Shown: one piece after another, positions 14,746-28,029 of the stretch
Layout: each line of letters starts with the position of its first letter
Numbering within the stretch: the stretch's first letter is position 1
Assembly: GCA_964016885.1 (NCBI GenBank)
Contig: OZ024745.1
Location: 24,304,001 to 24,368,000, forward strand
Source of the DNA: Eledone cirrhosa
Lineage: Eukaryota
Reading direction: 5' to 3'
DNA length: 64,000 bases
Notes under the pieces: model-generated
The model's database searches: none
Told to the model about the DNA's origin: nothing
What the model saw: only the letters and a program-made list of their open reading frames with translations
Translations under genes and position numbers: made by a program

Positions 14746-15059
14746 GTGATATCAGCTAATTAATGTGACCATGCTGACATTAATTGTCGCCAGAATGTGT
14801 AAGACTTGTGTCACAGAGTTACAACAACAACAACAACAATAAACGACAACAACAATAACAACAACAACAACAATAAACGACAACCACTGCTATAACAACT
14901 ATAACAACAATAATAACTGTAACAATAATAATAACATTATACAACAATAATTACAACAACAACAACAACAACAATAATTCTAAAAGAAAACCAACAACAA
15001 AGGCTAAATATTTTGGAACTCTGTAAACGATGGCAACTATGGAATACGTAAGTACCGCC

Positions 15060-15076
15060 TGCTACTACTACTACTG

Positions 15077-15108
<32 letters not shown>

Positions 15109-15109
15109 G

Positions 15110-15159
<50 letters not shown>

Positions 15160-15169
15160 GCTACTGCTG

Positions 15170-15210
<41 letters not shown>

Positions 15211-15271
15211 GCCACTACTACTACTACTACTACTACTACTGCCACTACTACTACTACTACTACTACTACTG

Positions 15272-15318
<47 letters not shown>

Positions 15319-15328
15319 GCTACTGCTG

Positions 15329-15366
<38 letters not shown>

Positions 15367-15461
15367 GCCACTACTACTACTACTACTACTACTACTGCCA
15401 CTACTACTACTACTACTACTGCCACTACTACTACTACTACTACTACCACTACTGCCACTAT

Positions 15462-15495
<34 letters not shown>

Positions 15496-15541
15496 GCTAC
15501 TGCTGCTACTACTACTACTACTACTACTACTGCTACTGCTG

Positions 15542-15579
<38 letters not shown>

Positions 15580-15610
15580 GCCACTACTACTACTACTACT
15601 ACTACTACTG

Positions 15611-15678
<68 letters not shown>

Positions 15679-15679
15679 G

Positions 15680-15720
<41 letters not shown>

Positions 15721-15739
15721 GCTACTGCTGCTACTGCTG

Positions 15740-15783
<44 letters not shown>

Positions 15784-15886
15784 GCTGCTGCTGCTACTGC
15801 TGCTGCTGCTACTACTACTACAGCTGTTGCTGCTGCTGCTGCTACTACTACTACTACAGCTGCTGCTGCTGCTACTACTATTACCT

Positions 15887-15938
<52 letters not shown>

Positions 15939-15985
15939 AGCTGCTGCTGATACTAGTACTACTACTGCTAATGCTGCTGCTGCTG
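15060..15985. repeat. (CTA)n microsatellite with periodic CTGCCA/CTG variants
   Basis: Direct reading. Confidence 0.95.
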
Positions 15986-16122
15986 GAAACACACATACAC
16001 ACACGCACACACATATAGACACACACATATATACATATATATATATATATCCAGGAAGCTCCAACCGTTTAGGTTGTCTTTTTTTCCGGGTATGTCAATA
16101 TTTATTTATAAAAACAAATCTG

Positions 16123-16188
16123 TATTTTATCTGATGAAAGCGCACCATAATTTGCGTTGGTGGCCCTTGAAATATGTATATTAAAATA
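16123..16188 (+). ncRNA. Type I hammerhead motif in (TA)n-flanked PLE 3' fragment (16051-16230)
   Basis: TATTTTAT-CTGATGA(16131-37)-stem II CACCA/TGGTG-GAAA(16169-72)-TATGTA-TA^TTAAAATA; downstream AAATATGGTTTTATAAATATAGTTTCCATTTATT shared with the 41660 PLE pLTR. Confidence 0.7.
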
Positions 16189-16529
16189 AATATGGTTTTA
16201 TAAATATAGTTTCCATTTATTAATATATTGTATATATATATATATATTTATTTATCTTTATATATATGTGTTTGTGTGTTTGGTTGTCAGCATGTATATG
16301 TATATATAAATTATATTCCTTCATAAAACAAAAATTATAGATTTTTTTATGTGTTGATTTCCGGAAATAATCAGGATTATCGCATTTGCTACTGTACTGA
16401 TTGGTTTCTACTCTGGTTAGCTTTTCAAAGTTTCATTTTGAAGGTTACATTTGTGCTGCGGTTAACACGTATCGTTATGTGTATATATATAAGAATATAC
16501 GCGTATATACACATTAACACGTTTATTAA

Positions 16530-16880
16530 TATTGACAGTAGCGGTAGAGGGTCAGGCGCCATGCTTTGCATCAAAGAGTTACGGCTCTTCGTGGTTAACT
16601 TTGCCTTTCATCCTTACGGGGTAGATAAAATAAACTATCAGTAATACACTGGCATAATTGCTGGCCTTGTGCCAAAATTAGAAATAATTATTATTCAGTG
16701 AATTGGCAGTATCGGTAGAGGGTTGGACGCCATGCTTTCTAGTATAGTTACGTCCCGTTACGGTCTGAGTTCAAATCCCGCCGAGGTTAACTTTGCCTTT
16801 CATCCTTATGGGGTCGATAAAATAAAGTACCAGTAATGTACTGGATATTTGCTGGCCTTGTGCCAAAAGTAAAAATAATT
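16530..16880 (+). mobile_element. Two tandem tRNA-derived SINEs (family S1; first internally deleted)
   Basis: B-box-like GAGTTCAAATCCC, core GAGGTTAACTTTGCCTTTCATCCTTAnGGGGTCGATAAAATAAAGTACCAG, tail GCTGGCCTTGTGCCAAAA. Confidence 0.85.
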
Positions 16881-17101
16881 AATACTCGTACTTAGTGATG
16901 CTGTATAGCTTTCTTAATGGTTGATATTTGAAGTAATAAATACCACATAACCGTCACGAATGATGACGAACTTTGCCGTTCCTTTCCGAAAGTGAACGAT
17001 AATTAAATCATATTATAATCATAAATATATAAATAACATGTAGACAAATGAGAATTTGCCGTCTAATAAGATTCTTCCTGATATGTATATATTTTTTGTT
17101 A

Positions 17102-17167
<66 letters not shown>

Positions 17168-17235
17168 AACATACACACACATGCATATATATATATGCGT
17201 GTGTGTGTGTGTGAGTTTGTGCCTAAAGTAGAAAC

Positions 17236-17318
<83 letters not shown>

Positions 17319-17327
17319 TAATAAAAA

Positions 17328-17361
<34 letters not shown>

Positions 17362-17997
17362 GAATAAATAAATACCTAAATAATAATTAATGTATAAATA
17401 AGTCTTATTTCCGTTATGAAGTAAAAAGCTATAAAATGGCCGAAAAGCGAACGGAAAATATGAATTTGATTCTGACATTTGAAGAGAAAATAAATGTCCT
17501 AGAGCTAACGGTAATATTTAATCCTAACATCCGAACCGTTAACTTTATACTTAATAGCTAATGAGAAAATTTAGCCATAATTTCTTCATTATGTTTTTTT
17601 TGTATTAATTAGCATTAAGTTTTTCTGAGAGTTTTAAATGTCTTCAGTTTATCCAGAGAACGCACAAAAACGTATGAATTAGTTTCGTGATATTTTATTC
17701 GCCGGAAGGCAACAAATGTTAAGTTATTTACCTCAAACTGCATCAAAAGTATGTCAGACACGTAAGTGAGAAATATTCATCATTCATCAGCCACCATCAA
17801 CGTATTTTGACGGCTAATTATGCCTTAATTATATTAATGTAGTCTTTAAAACCAAGACGAGTGCGATGTAATCGATTCACTATATATTACTGGTAATTCA
17901 TTTACCGATTTCGGTGAATTCAATGAGGAGCCGGCGTTGAAAGTATTTGAAAATGGACAAGATCAAACCTGTAGTTAATTTGCTATATATCCTCTCC

Positions 17998-18050
<53 letters not shown>

Positions 18051-18057
<7 letters not shown>

Positions 18058-18184
18058 CCCGGGTTCAATCTGGGGTAACCATAGTAAGTAAGGTTCTCAG
18101 TACATAGCAGAGTATAAATATTTAATATAGAAATATTTTCTCCCGAATGAAATAACTCTAGTTCTGTAGAAGCCATTTCTATAT

Positions 18185-18190
<6 letters not shown>
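18051..18190. mobile_element. (TA)n-flanked fold-back mini-element, family D
   Basis: Homologous to 58184-58344; TTTAATATAGAAA/TTTCTATATTAAA arms. Confidence 0.6.
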
Positions 18191-18254
<64 letters not shown>

Positions 18255-18281
18255 CAAAATAGATATTCTTGTGATCAATTA

Positions 18282-18348
18282 TATTTTATTATACATATTT
18301 CAGAGGTACTGAATTAAGTTCAACAGTACGTCCTCATCAGATAAAATA
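18282..18348 (-). ncRNA. Type I hammerhead motif
   Basis: rc: TATTTTAT-CTGATGA-GGACGTACTG...CAGTACCTCT-GAAA-TATGTA-TA^ATAAAATA. Confidence 0.75.
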
Positions 18349-18444
18349 AAATGATACATGACATACCCTGACATGGTAGATGGTTAAGATTTAATCAAGG
18401 TAATCTTAACCATCTACCGTGTCAGGGTATGTCATGTATCATTT

Positions 18445-18498
18445 TATTTTATCTGATGAGGACGTACTCAGTACCTCTGAAATATGTATAATAAAATA
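18445..18498 (+). ncRNA. Type I hammerhead motif with shortened stem II
   Basis: TATTTTAT-CTGATGA(18453-59)-GGACGTACTCAGTACCTCT-GAAA-TATGTA-TA^ATAAAATA. Confidence 0.75.
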
Positions 18499-18638
18499 TA
18501 ATTGATCACAAGAATATCTATTTTGTTAATATTTTGAATTAATATTAATAACTCTGGAAAATATTTAACTGTAGAGTGCTTCCAATCTATTGTAAAACTC
18601 ATTCTTTGATGTATTCATTGAATCTTGTTTAACTCTTA

Positions 18639-18725
<87 letters not shown>

Positions 18726-18873
18726 GAGTTTATACCAGTATAATTTTGAGTTTATACTCAGTATGCAGGCTGGAGCACTCGACGAAGTGCGCAGGTTGGT
18801 TTGGTTACTCTGGAGTAGTGTAAAAATAAAGTTAAATAAAAAGTCAAATGATTAAAATTTACCTTCGTTTATT

Positions 18874-18928
18874 ACTGCTATATATATTTCAGTGACAGCC
18901 ATCTTCGGCTGTGACCGCTTCAGGCAGT
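18874..18928 (-). ncRNA. Type I hammerhead motif, core variant CUGAAGC, in microsatellite-flanked element 18721-19052
   Basis: rc: ACTGC-CTGAAGC-stem II ACAGCC/GGCTGT-GAAA-TATATA-TA^GCAGT. Confidence 0.6.
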
Positions 18929-19163
18929 TTGAATTAGTGTGGTATAGACAAGTACATATGTTGTTGAGGTGTATAATATTGTCAATACTCTGATATGCCC
19001 AGTTCCTGGTTGGGTTGTTATTTCACTGAGGAACTGGAATCATATCTGAATTATATATATATATATATATATATATTTTGCTCTACGGTTCTTATATATT
19101 TGATATATATTTATCCTTATCGAGCCCTCTTTGGATTTTAGTCTTCAAATTTATTATTATTAC

Positions 19164-19249
<86 letters not shown>

Positions 19250-19606
19250 AAAAAATAGAGGTGTGACACACGAGTTGTGATATATTAGTAAAAAAAAAAG
19301 AAAATGGTGACAAATTTTTCCCAGTGAAAAATAGTTTAATTAGGAATAAGTATAAATTAGTAATAAGTATTGGTTAGTATTCAGTTTTAGTTTTAAGTTT
19401 TTACCGGTTGCGCATTTCTAATGCTTTTCAAAAATAATTTTGAGATAGAGCGCTCGTGATGTTTGCACGAGCGTTCTATCTCAAAATTATTTGAGAGAGA
19501 GAGAGAGTGAGAGAGAGAGAGGGGGGGGGTATGATGATAGAAAAATTGAATGACAGATAGATAGTCGATATATATATGTGTGTGTGTATAGATAGATAGA
19601 TACATT

Positions 19607-19684
<78 letters not shown>

Positions 19685-19685
<1 letters not shown>

Positions 19686-20065
19686 TTCTTTATTTGCCAC
19701 AAGGGCGCACAAGAAAAGAGGACAATACAAAGATATGTGCCGGGGATTTTACATACAATCGTGTAAAATGTATAAAATAAACGATTATAACAATCGAAAT
19801 CCCCAATAGGGGGGGATGCGTTACAAATGCGTTGTTTAATACCCCGTAGATAGAACAACCCTCAACTTCAGGAGTGTGTTGTGCAAGTGCTCCTTTCTTC
19901 CTTTTGCTCTCTTCTTCAACCTACAGGTTTATAAACAGAGAAGGCCCAATCACTCGGGCCATTTTCGCTACATTCACCCACCTTTCAGTAAATTTACTGG
20001 GGTGCAGTAGCTCTCTCTCCACTCTGATTCTCCTTCTAAAGTGGTACCTAAAGAAGGCAATGGAT
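19685..20065 (-). mobile_element. 3' end of Tx1/L1-like LINE inserted in (GATA)n
   Basis: rc encodes IAFFRYHFRRRIRVERELLHPSKFTERWVNVAKMARVIGPSLFINL*, then 3' UTR with AATAAA; GATAGATAGAT on both flanks. Confidence 0.6.
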
Positions 20066-20148
20066 AGATAGATAATTATCGATAAATGTAGATCGCAAAA
20101 ATACGCCCCTGAGTAAAGTATTAAAGCCTCCTCCCCTTCCTCCTCATC

Positions 20149-20217
<69 letters not shown>

Positions 20218-20374
20218 TACATTGAATGATATACACGCCCGCACCGACTCACACATTCACATACAGACAGAATCGATAACTGATACAATCCAAGAAAATG
20301 TGAAGATGTCAGCAGACTTAACCAAAATAACATAATTCTTCTCACAGCTTTAGACATTATTATCAGCACCACTG

Positions 20375-22215
20375 TAGCCGCCATAGCCATCATAGCCATC
20401 ATAGCCATCATAGCCATCATAGCCATCATAGCCATCATAGCCATCATAGCCATCATAGCCACCATAGCCATCATAGCCATCATAGCCACCATAGCCATCA
20501 TAGCCATCATAGCCATCATAGCCACCATAGCCATCATAGCCATCATAGCCACCATAGCCATCATAGCCATCATAGCCACCATAGCCATCATAGCCACCAT
20601 AGCCATCATAGCCACCATAGCCATCATAACGACCATAGCCACCATAGCCATCATAACCACCATAGCCATCATAGCCACCATAACCACAATAGCCATCATA
20701 GCCATCATAGCCACCATAGCCATCATAGCCACCATAGCCATCATAGCCATCATAGCCACCATAGCCATCATAGCCATCATAGCCATCATAGCCACCATAG
20801 CCACCATAGCCATCATAACCACCATAGCCATCATAACCACCATAGCCATCATAGCCACCATAGCCACCATAGCCATCATAGCCACCATAGCCACCATAGC
20901 CACCATAGCCATCATAGCCACCATAGCCACCATAGCCACCATAGCCACCATAGCCACCATAGCCATCATAGCCACCATAGCCACCATAGCCATCATAGCC
21001 ACCATAGCCACCATAGCCACCATAGCCATCATAGCCATCATAGCCACCATAGCCACCATAGCCATCATAACCACCATAGCCATCATAGCCATCATAACCA
21101 CCATAGCCACCATAGCCACCATAGCCACCATAGCCATCATAGCCATCATAGCCATCATAGCCACCAGAGCCACCATAGCCATCATAGCCACCATAGCCAT
21201 CATAGCCACCATAGCCACCATAGCCACCATAGCCATCATAGCCACCATAGCCATCATAACCACCATAGCCACCATAGCCACCATAGCCACCATAGCCATC
21301 ATAGCCACCATAGCCATCATAGCCACCATAGCCACCATAGCCACCATAGCCATCATAGCCACCATAGCCATCATAACCACCATAGCCACCATAGCCACCA
21401 TAGCCACCATAGCCATCATAGCCATCATAGCCACCATAGCCATCATAGCCACCATAGCCATCATAGCCATCATAGCCACCATAGCCATCATAGCCACCAT
21501 AGCCACCATAGCCACCATAGCCATCATAACCACCATAGCCATCATAGCCATCATAGCCATCATAGCCACCATAGCCACCAGAGCCACCATAGCCATCATA
21601 GCCATCATAGCCACCAGAGCCACCATAGCCATCATAGCCATCATAGCCACCATAGCCACCATAGCCACCATAGCCACCATAGCCATCATAGCCATCATAG
21701 CCACCATAGCCACCATAGCCATCATAGCCACCATAGCCATCATAGCCACCATAGCCATCATAACCACCATAGCCATCATAGCCATCATAGCCATCATAGC
21801 CACCATAGCCACCAGAGCCACCATAGCCATCATAGCCATCATAGCCACCAGAGCCACCATAGCCATCATAGCCATCATAGCCACCATAGCCACCATAGCC
21901 ACCATAGCCACCATAGCCATCATAACCACCATAGCCATCATAGCCATCATAGCCATCATAGCCACCATAGCCACCATAGCCACCATAGCCATCATAACCA
22001 CCATAGCCATCATAGCCATCATAGCCATCATAGCCACCATAGCCACCAGAGCCACCATAGCCATCATAGCCATCATAGCCATCATAACCACCATAGCCAT
22101 CATAGCCATCATAGCCACCAGAGCCACCATAGCCATCATAGCCATCATAGCCACCATAGCCACCATAGCCACCATAGCCACCATAGCCATCATAGCCATC
22201 ATAGCCATCATAGCC
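20375..22215. repeat. 9-bp tandem repeat ATAGCCAYC (~200 units) with ATAACCACC and AGAGCCACC variants
   Basis: Direct reading. Confidence 0.95.
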
Positions 22216-23392
22216 ACCACCAACAACATCACCACCATCACCTCAACCACAACCACCACCAACAACATCACCACCATCACCTCAACCACAACCACCAACA
22301 ACAACATCACCACCATCACCTCAACCACAACCACCAACACAAACACCACCAACAACATCTCGACCATCACCATAACCATCTCCACCGTTAACAACAACAT
22401 CAATAACATCAATAACATCACCACCACCACCACTACCATCACCACCACCACCACCACCACCACCACCATCACCACCACCACCACCACCACCACCACCACC
22501 ATACCATCAAAACATCAACATCACTAACATCAATAATAGCAAAAACGGTATAACAACCACAATCACCACCTTCAACACTAGGAACACTAACATCGCCACA
22601 ACCACCATCACGACCATCACTACTACCACCACCACTACCACCACAACCACTACCACCACAACCATCACCACAACAATCACAACCACCATCGCCATCACTA
22701 CCAGCACAACCATCAACACCACCACCACCATCACCACCACAACCATCACCACAACTATCACAACCACCATCGCCATCACTACCAGCACAACCATCAACAC
22801 CACCATCACCATCACCACCACCACCACAACCAGCGTCATCAGCCCCACCACCACCACCATCACCACACTACCACTACCACCATCACCACCAGCACTAGCA
22901 ACACCACCGCCACCACCATCACCACACCACCACCGCGACCACCATCACCACACCACCACCAACTCACCATCATCATCAATACCACCAACACTACTACTAC
23001 CACCACCACCAACAAGACCACCACCACCAACAAGACCACCACCCACACCTCCACCACCACCAACAACAACAACAACACCACCACCACCACCAATACCACC
23101 ACCACCAACACCACCACCATCACCAATACCACCAACACTACTACCGCCACCACTAGCACCACCAGCACCACCCACACCCCACCACCACTACTAAGACCAT
23201 GACCACCATCACCAATACCACCAACACTACTACCACCACCACTAGCACCACCAGCACCACCCACACCCCACCACCACTACTAACACCACGACCACCATCA
23301 CCAATACCACCAACACTACTACCACCACCACTAGCACCACCAACACCACCCACACCCCACCACCACTACTAACACCACCACCACCATCACCA
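22216..23392. repeat. Degenerate (ACC)n-derived low-complexity and minisatellite region
   Basis: Direct reading; ~89-bp sub-repeats near 23110-23390. Confidence 0.85.
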
Positions 23393-23419
23393 GCAGTGCA
23401 GCTAGTATCACCAAAGGGT

Positions 23420-23560
23420 AAACTGGCTGATTGGTCTAAGTTGAATTATTAGATGAGTAGAGGTCAAAGGTTAGCCCAATCATATTTCAAATCATTAAAT
23501 GTCAATTTTGGGTGATTAAAGCCGATGTTGTTTGAACCCTGAGGTCACATGACGTAGTAT
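23420..23560. promoter_or_regulatory. Candidate cis-regulatory island (CCAAT x2, DR1-like nuclear receptor site, E/M-box)
   Basis: CTGATTGG 23427-34; AGGTCAAAGGTTA 23461-73; CCAAT 23476-80; GTCACATGAC 23544-53 overlapping TGACGT; unique sequence between satellites. Confidence 0.3.
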
Positions 23561-23798
23561 TTTAAGCCTTTTAATATTAACCGGCAAAAATCTAATGAAT
23601 ACACATCAACAGACGCCATATTTATGTATGTATGTATGTGTGTATGCATGCATGCATGCATGTGTGTATGTATGTATGTATGTATGTATGTATGTATGTA
23701 TGTATGTATGTATGTATGTGTGTATGTACGTATGTATATGTGTGTGTATGCATGAGCGAATTTATGAACGTGTGTATGTATGTAAGTAAATATTGCAT

Positions 23799-24290
<492 letters not shown>

Positions 24291-24440
24291 CGAGTGTGTG
24301 TGTGCGAGTGTGTGTTTGTGTTTGTGTGTGTGTATCAGGTGGTGCTATTAAGTTAGACATGGCCTGGGCCAATACTGGCCGAAACCTATCAAAGTTACCA
24401 AAGTTATATATGTGCGTGTGTATATATATATATATATATA

Positions 24441-24692
24441 ACTGGCATTCCGTCGCAATTGATTGAGCATTCGACAGACACGTGTGCTCCTAACGTATTT
24501 CTCAGGGAGATTCAGCGTGACACAGAACATGACAAGGCTGGCCCTTCGTATTGCAGATACAACTGATTTTTCCCGGCAGAGTGGACTAGAGCACGTGAAA
24601 TAAATTGTGTTGCACAATGGCACAGTGCACCACCGGTAACCAAACTCATGACCTTAAGATTGTGAACCAAATACCCTCACTATTAAGCCATG
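24441..24692 (-). mobile_element. Degenerate tRNA-derived SINE (family S2)
   Basis: rc head GCATGGCTTAATAGTGAGGG..., core TTTATTTCACGTGCTCTAGTCCACTC shared with 30335-30500 and 60875-61011. Confidence 0.6.
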
Positions 24693-25121
24693 CTATCTTG
24701 CTCCTCAATGTTACTCGGGCCCAGCATTATCGTTTAGTTAGTGTATAATTTAGTGTCTCCTATTCATATTCAATCAAATCTGACTATAATCGAAGTACAC
24801 GCCCGATAGCTGGCTAATATACGGAGACTGTCTCGATCAAAATTAAAACCACCCACCCCTATTCATGAAATTGTTTTCACATAGCATTTATTATGAGCAA
24901 TAAAATATATTTAAGCTGAACAGTTCAATTTATGAACTGGTAGCGAAGTTATATTCCTTGAAACTAGTGAAATAAAACCATTGAGATTTTCAAGATTATT
25001 CTTTATAATCCTGGGGAAATTTGTTATCCCGAGTCACGTAAATTGACGAAAGCTTGTTGGTTCACGTTGGTGGGCTCTACAAAAACAACAACAGCAACAA
25101 CAATAACAACAACAATAATAA

Positions 25122-25570
25122 TAATTGTTTCTACTTTTGGCACAAGGCCAGCAATTTGAGATGGTAGGGGAAGTCGATTAAATCGACCCAGTGTCTTACT
25201 GGTGTTTTATTTATCGACCCCGTAAGGATGAAAGGCGAAACTAACTCAGATAACAATAATAGGTATCATCTCGAATGTTTTCAAGGCTGGCTAAAGAACA
25301 TTGGAGGGGGGTAACACTTCAAAAGTCATGCCTACTGAGAACGGCAAGGACCCTACGATACGTCCTGAAGATCTGAGGGTGCTGGTAGCAGGTGTTTATT
25401 TGGGCAAATTTTCCGGTTAAATAACATCAATGACAGGGATATCAGATTCACAATAATAATAATTGTTTCTACATTTGACACAAGGCCAGCAATTATCCCA
25501 GTGCATTACTGGTACGTTATTTTATCGATTCCGTAAGGATGAAAGGCAAAGTTAACCTCGGCGTGATTTA
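25122..25570. mobile_element. Two partial S1 SINEs (-) flanking an R4/Dong-like LINE 3' tip (+, ~25255-25450)
   Basis: SINE tails at 25122-25250 and 25460-25570; between them LQKSCLLRTARTLRYVLKI* resembles the C-terminus at 56330-56395. Confidence 0.6.
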
Positions 25571-26582
25571 ATGATAACACTACTTTAGGTTCATCATTTA
25601 AGGCTATAGATTTGAAACAACGTTTTATGTTTTGAAGAATAGTCAAATAAAATTATTCTGGCTGAAATTTGTCAGCTTGAGTTAAGCATCTCTGTTCGAG
25701 AACAATAAATCCTTCTTGAGCTTACCTAATCGATGCCCGATGGTGTGGCGGGAAATTAACAGCCCCTCATATCTATAAAGATCGAAACCTGTGAGGTTCA
25801 ATTTTCACAATTATTTTAAAATTCATATCAAATATAAATGTAATAAAAATTCCACTGACAAAAATTAAATGGAAATTTCCAGCTTTAATTCATATTTGTG
25901 GTAAAAACAAGAAATAAAGGTAGGTTTATAAATCTATACACTCTATGTGCTGAGACTGTGATTTCACTGGTCACTTCCATGGATAATAATCTTATATCAG
26001 ACAGCTGCCAGAATAAATACATACTTTAATCTTAACTGGTGAATCTATACTGAGTAATCGCTAGCCAACGGACACAATACTCCATATATTTTAACCATTC
26101 CTTGTCAATAATAAATTATGCCTATTCTAAAATGACTGTAAGAGTAGTAGGCGAGTCCTATAGTCATTTTCCGCATTGAATGTCTACAGTATTCATTAAC
26201 CTATTTCTTCCCTACCCAACTTCTTCTCTATTTCACTTTGGTCTTGGGAATATGTCTTCTGTTGTTTTGTAGATTCATGAAAGTATTGATTATTTTTTTA
26301 AACATAGTTACTAAGAAGTAAGATTTAAATGAAGAAGTAAGAATGACACATTGTTAGTTTATATTTAACCCTGTATAGTCACAAAACAAGATCTTAAAAT
26401 AGAGGTAGGAAATAAATTAATGTGAACTTCATACATATATCAGGAGTAGGAGTGAAATAAATTAAGTAAAATTATGTGAGATACAAATATATGAGGAGAC
26501 TTGGACTTATATTCTATTCAACAGAAAATTATATTAGTTAAAATTGTATTCAGTAAATGTATTCGTGAATTTTATATCGAAT

Positions 26583-26766
26583 AATAATTGTTTCAACTAT
26601 TGGCACAAGGCCAGCAATTACCCAGTACATTACTGGTACTTTATTTTATCGACCCCGTAAGGATGAAAGGTAAAGTTAACCTCGGCGGGATTTGAACTCA
26701 GAATGGCAAGGGCCGTAACTCTATGCTGCAAAGCATGGCGTCCGACCCTCTACCGATACTGCCAAT
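26583..26766 (-). mobile_element. S1 SINE
   Basis: Full-length match to 16700-16880 in reverse. Confidence 0.85.
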
Positions 26767-27993
26767 CAAATAATAATAATATTCGATTCGTTTGAAAGCA
26801 AACAGCCTCGTTATGATATGTGTTTAGATGACCATCGCTCTCCTTTTGTTCTAGCGGTGACAGAGAGAAACAACCGACAATATTGTTTCTGGGTTATTGC
26901 CCTTTGTCAAGATGTATATCTCTCTTCTGTCACTCACTAGAACTCTTGAGAATATATAGTATTCTCTAAAGTATACATCGGCTAATTAGCCTAATCTGCA
27001 TACCGAGCGATTTTACGGCTGGCTTTGCCGAAAATTTAAAACAAAATTAGTAAATTTCATTTAATTAATTAATTAACGAAAGTAAAGGGGAGGTGGAGAG
27101 GGCGGTAAACTGTACACTCCAGCATGGGCGGTATATCTAAGCCAAGCTCCATGGAACAAATGGTGAAATTATTACCGCGGGGATCTTTCTTCAAATGGAA
27201 TACACTCCTCACGAATTAGCAGACGAAAAAGGCAGTTCGGGTACCGAGGATACCCGAAGTCTTCACGGTGACCAGCGCGAAAATAATTGAAGTAAAATAT
27301 CCAGAAACATCTTCTGCATGAAAAACAAATAATATAGTGGCTGCTACCATACTTGATCTAGTGTGCCAATTAATTTTAATTAATTAAAATAACACCCATA
27401 ATGAGGAAAACATTCACAATCTTAATGATTAATTTTAATCAAGAAATTTCAGGGAGACAGTGACTGTTTTTGAATTGAATGAAATTAAAATATCTTTGCG
27501 CACTATATTAAGTATGTTAATGCCAACTTTACATTTGTGACACTAGTTATAAGGTCTTGGATTTAATGGAGAAGCTCATTGTTTTTCTAAACCCATTTGT
27601 GAGCTACGTGGAGTGGTATTGCTACAACGACGAATGAAAATCGGATCACTAATTTATATCATACGTCGAGAACTTGTAACTTAATTCCTATCTGAAGCTG
27701 CTGATGAGATGAACTACGGTAAATATTCTTCGCTGCCATACACAGATGAATAAGAATCGTATTGTTGAAATATTTCGAACCTCCCATTTAAGGCCAATCT
27801 TGATGTAAATGGAAACTGGGTGATATATTCAGTTTACTAAGACCCCACCCCATGTTTTAGATGCTTACCAGACAGAATAAAATATTGTTGCATCCTAATT
27901 TCAAAACATTCGCCAGTTATGTATTAGTATTTTTTTTCCGTTCCTTCCTCTTCTCACTCTATCTTTCTATTTCATCTTTTATATATCATTCTA

Positions 27994-28029
27994 TTTTCTG
28001 ATGAAGGATTAGTCTCTGAAACGTTAAGA
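27994..28029 (+). ncRNA. Minimal type I hammerhead motif (PLE pLTR type)
   Basis: TTTT-CTGATGA(27998-28004)-AGGATTAGTCTCT-GAAA-CG-TT^AAGA after a CT-rich tract. Confidence 0.55.

Larger units (their letters stand above)
18250..18645. mobile_element. Palindromic mini-element family C (second copy)
   Basis: Arms ~18250-18390/18401-18530 plus tail to 18645; homolog of 10619-11030. Confidence 0.8.

Noticed and set aside
16700-16800. tRNA gene (A/B-box-like sequence)
   Set aside because: It is the tRNA-derived head of a SINE repeated about ten times; no cloverleaf.
20121-22502. 793-aa Met/Ala/Val ORF
   Set aside because: Reading of the 9-bp satellite.
26980-27440. TAATTA-rich cluster around a GC-richer patch as homeodomain enhancer
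   Set aside because: Such motifs are expected by chance at this AT content; no independent support.
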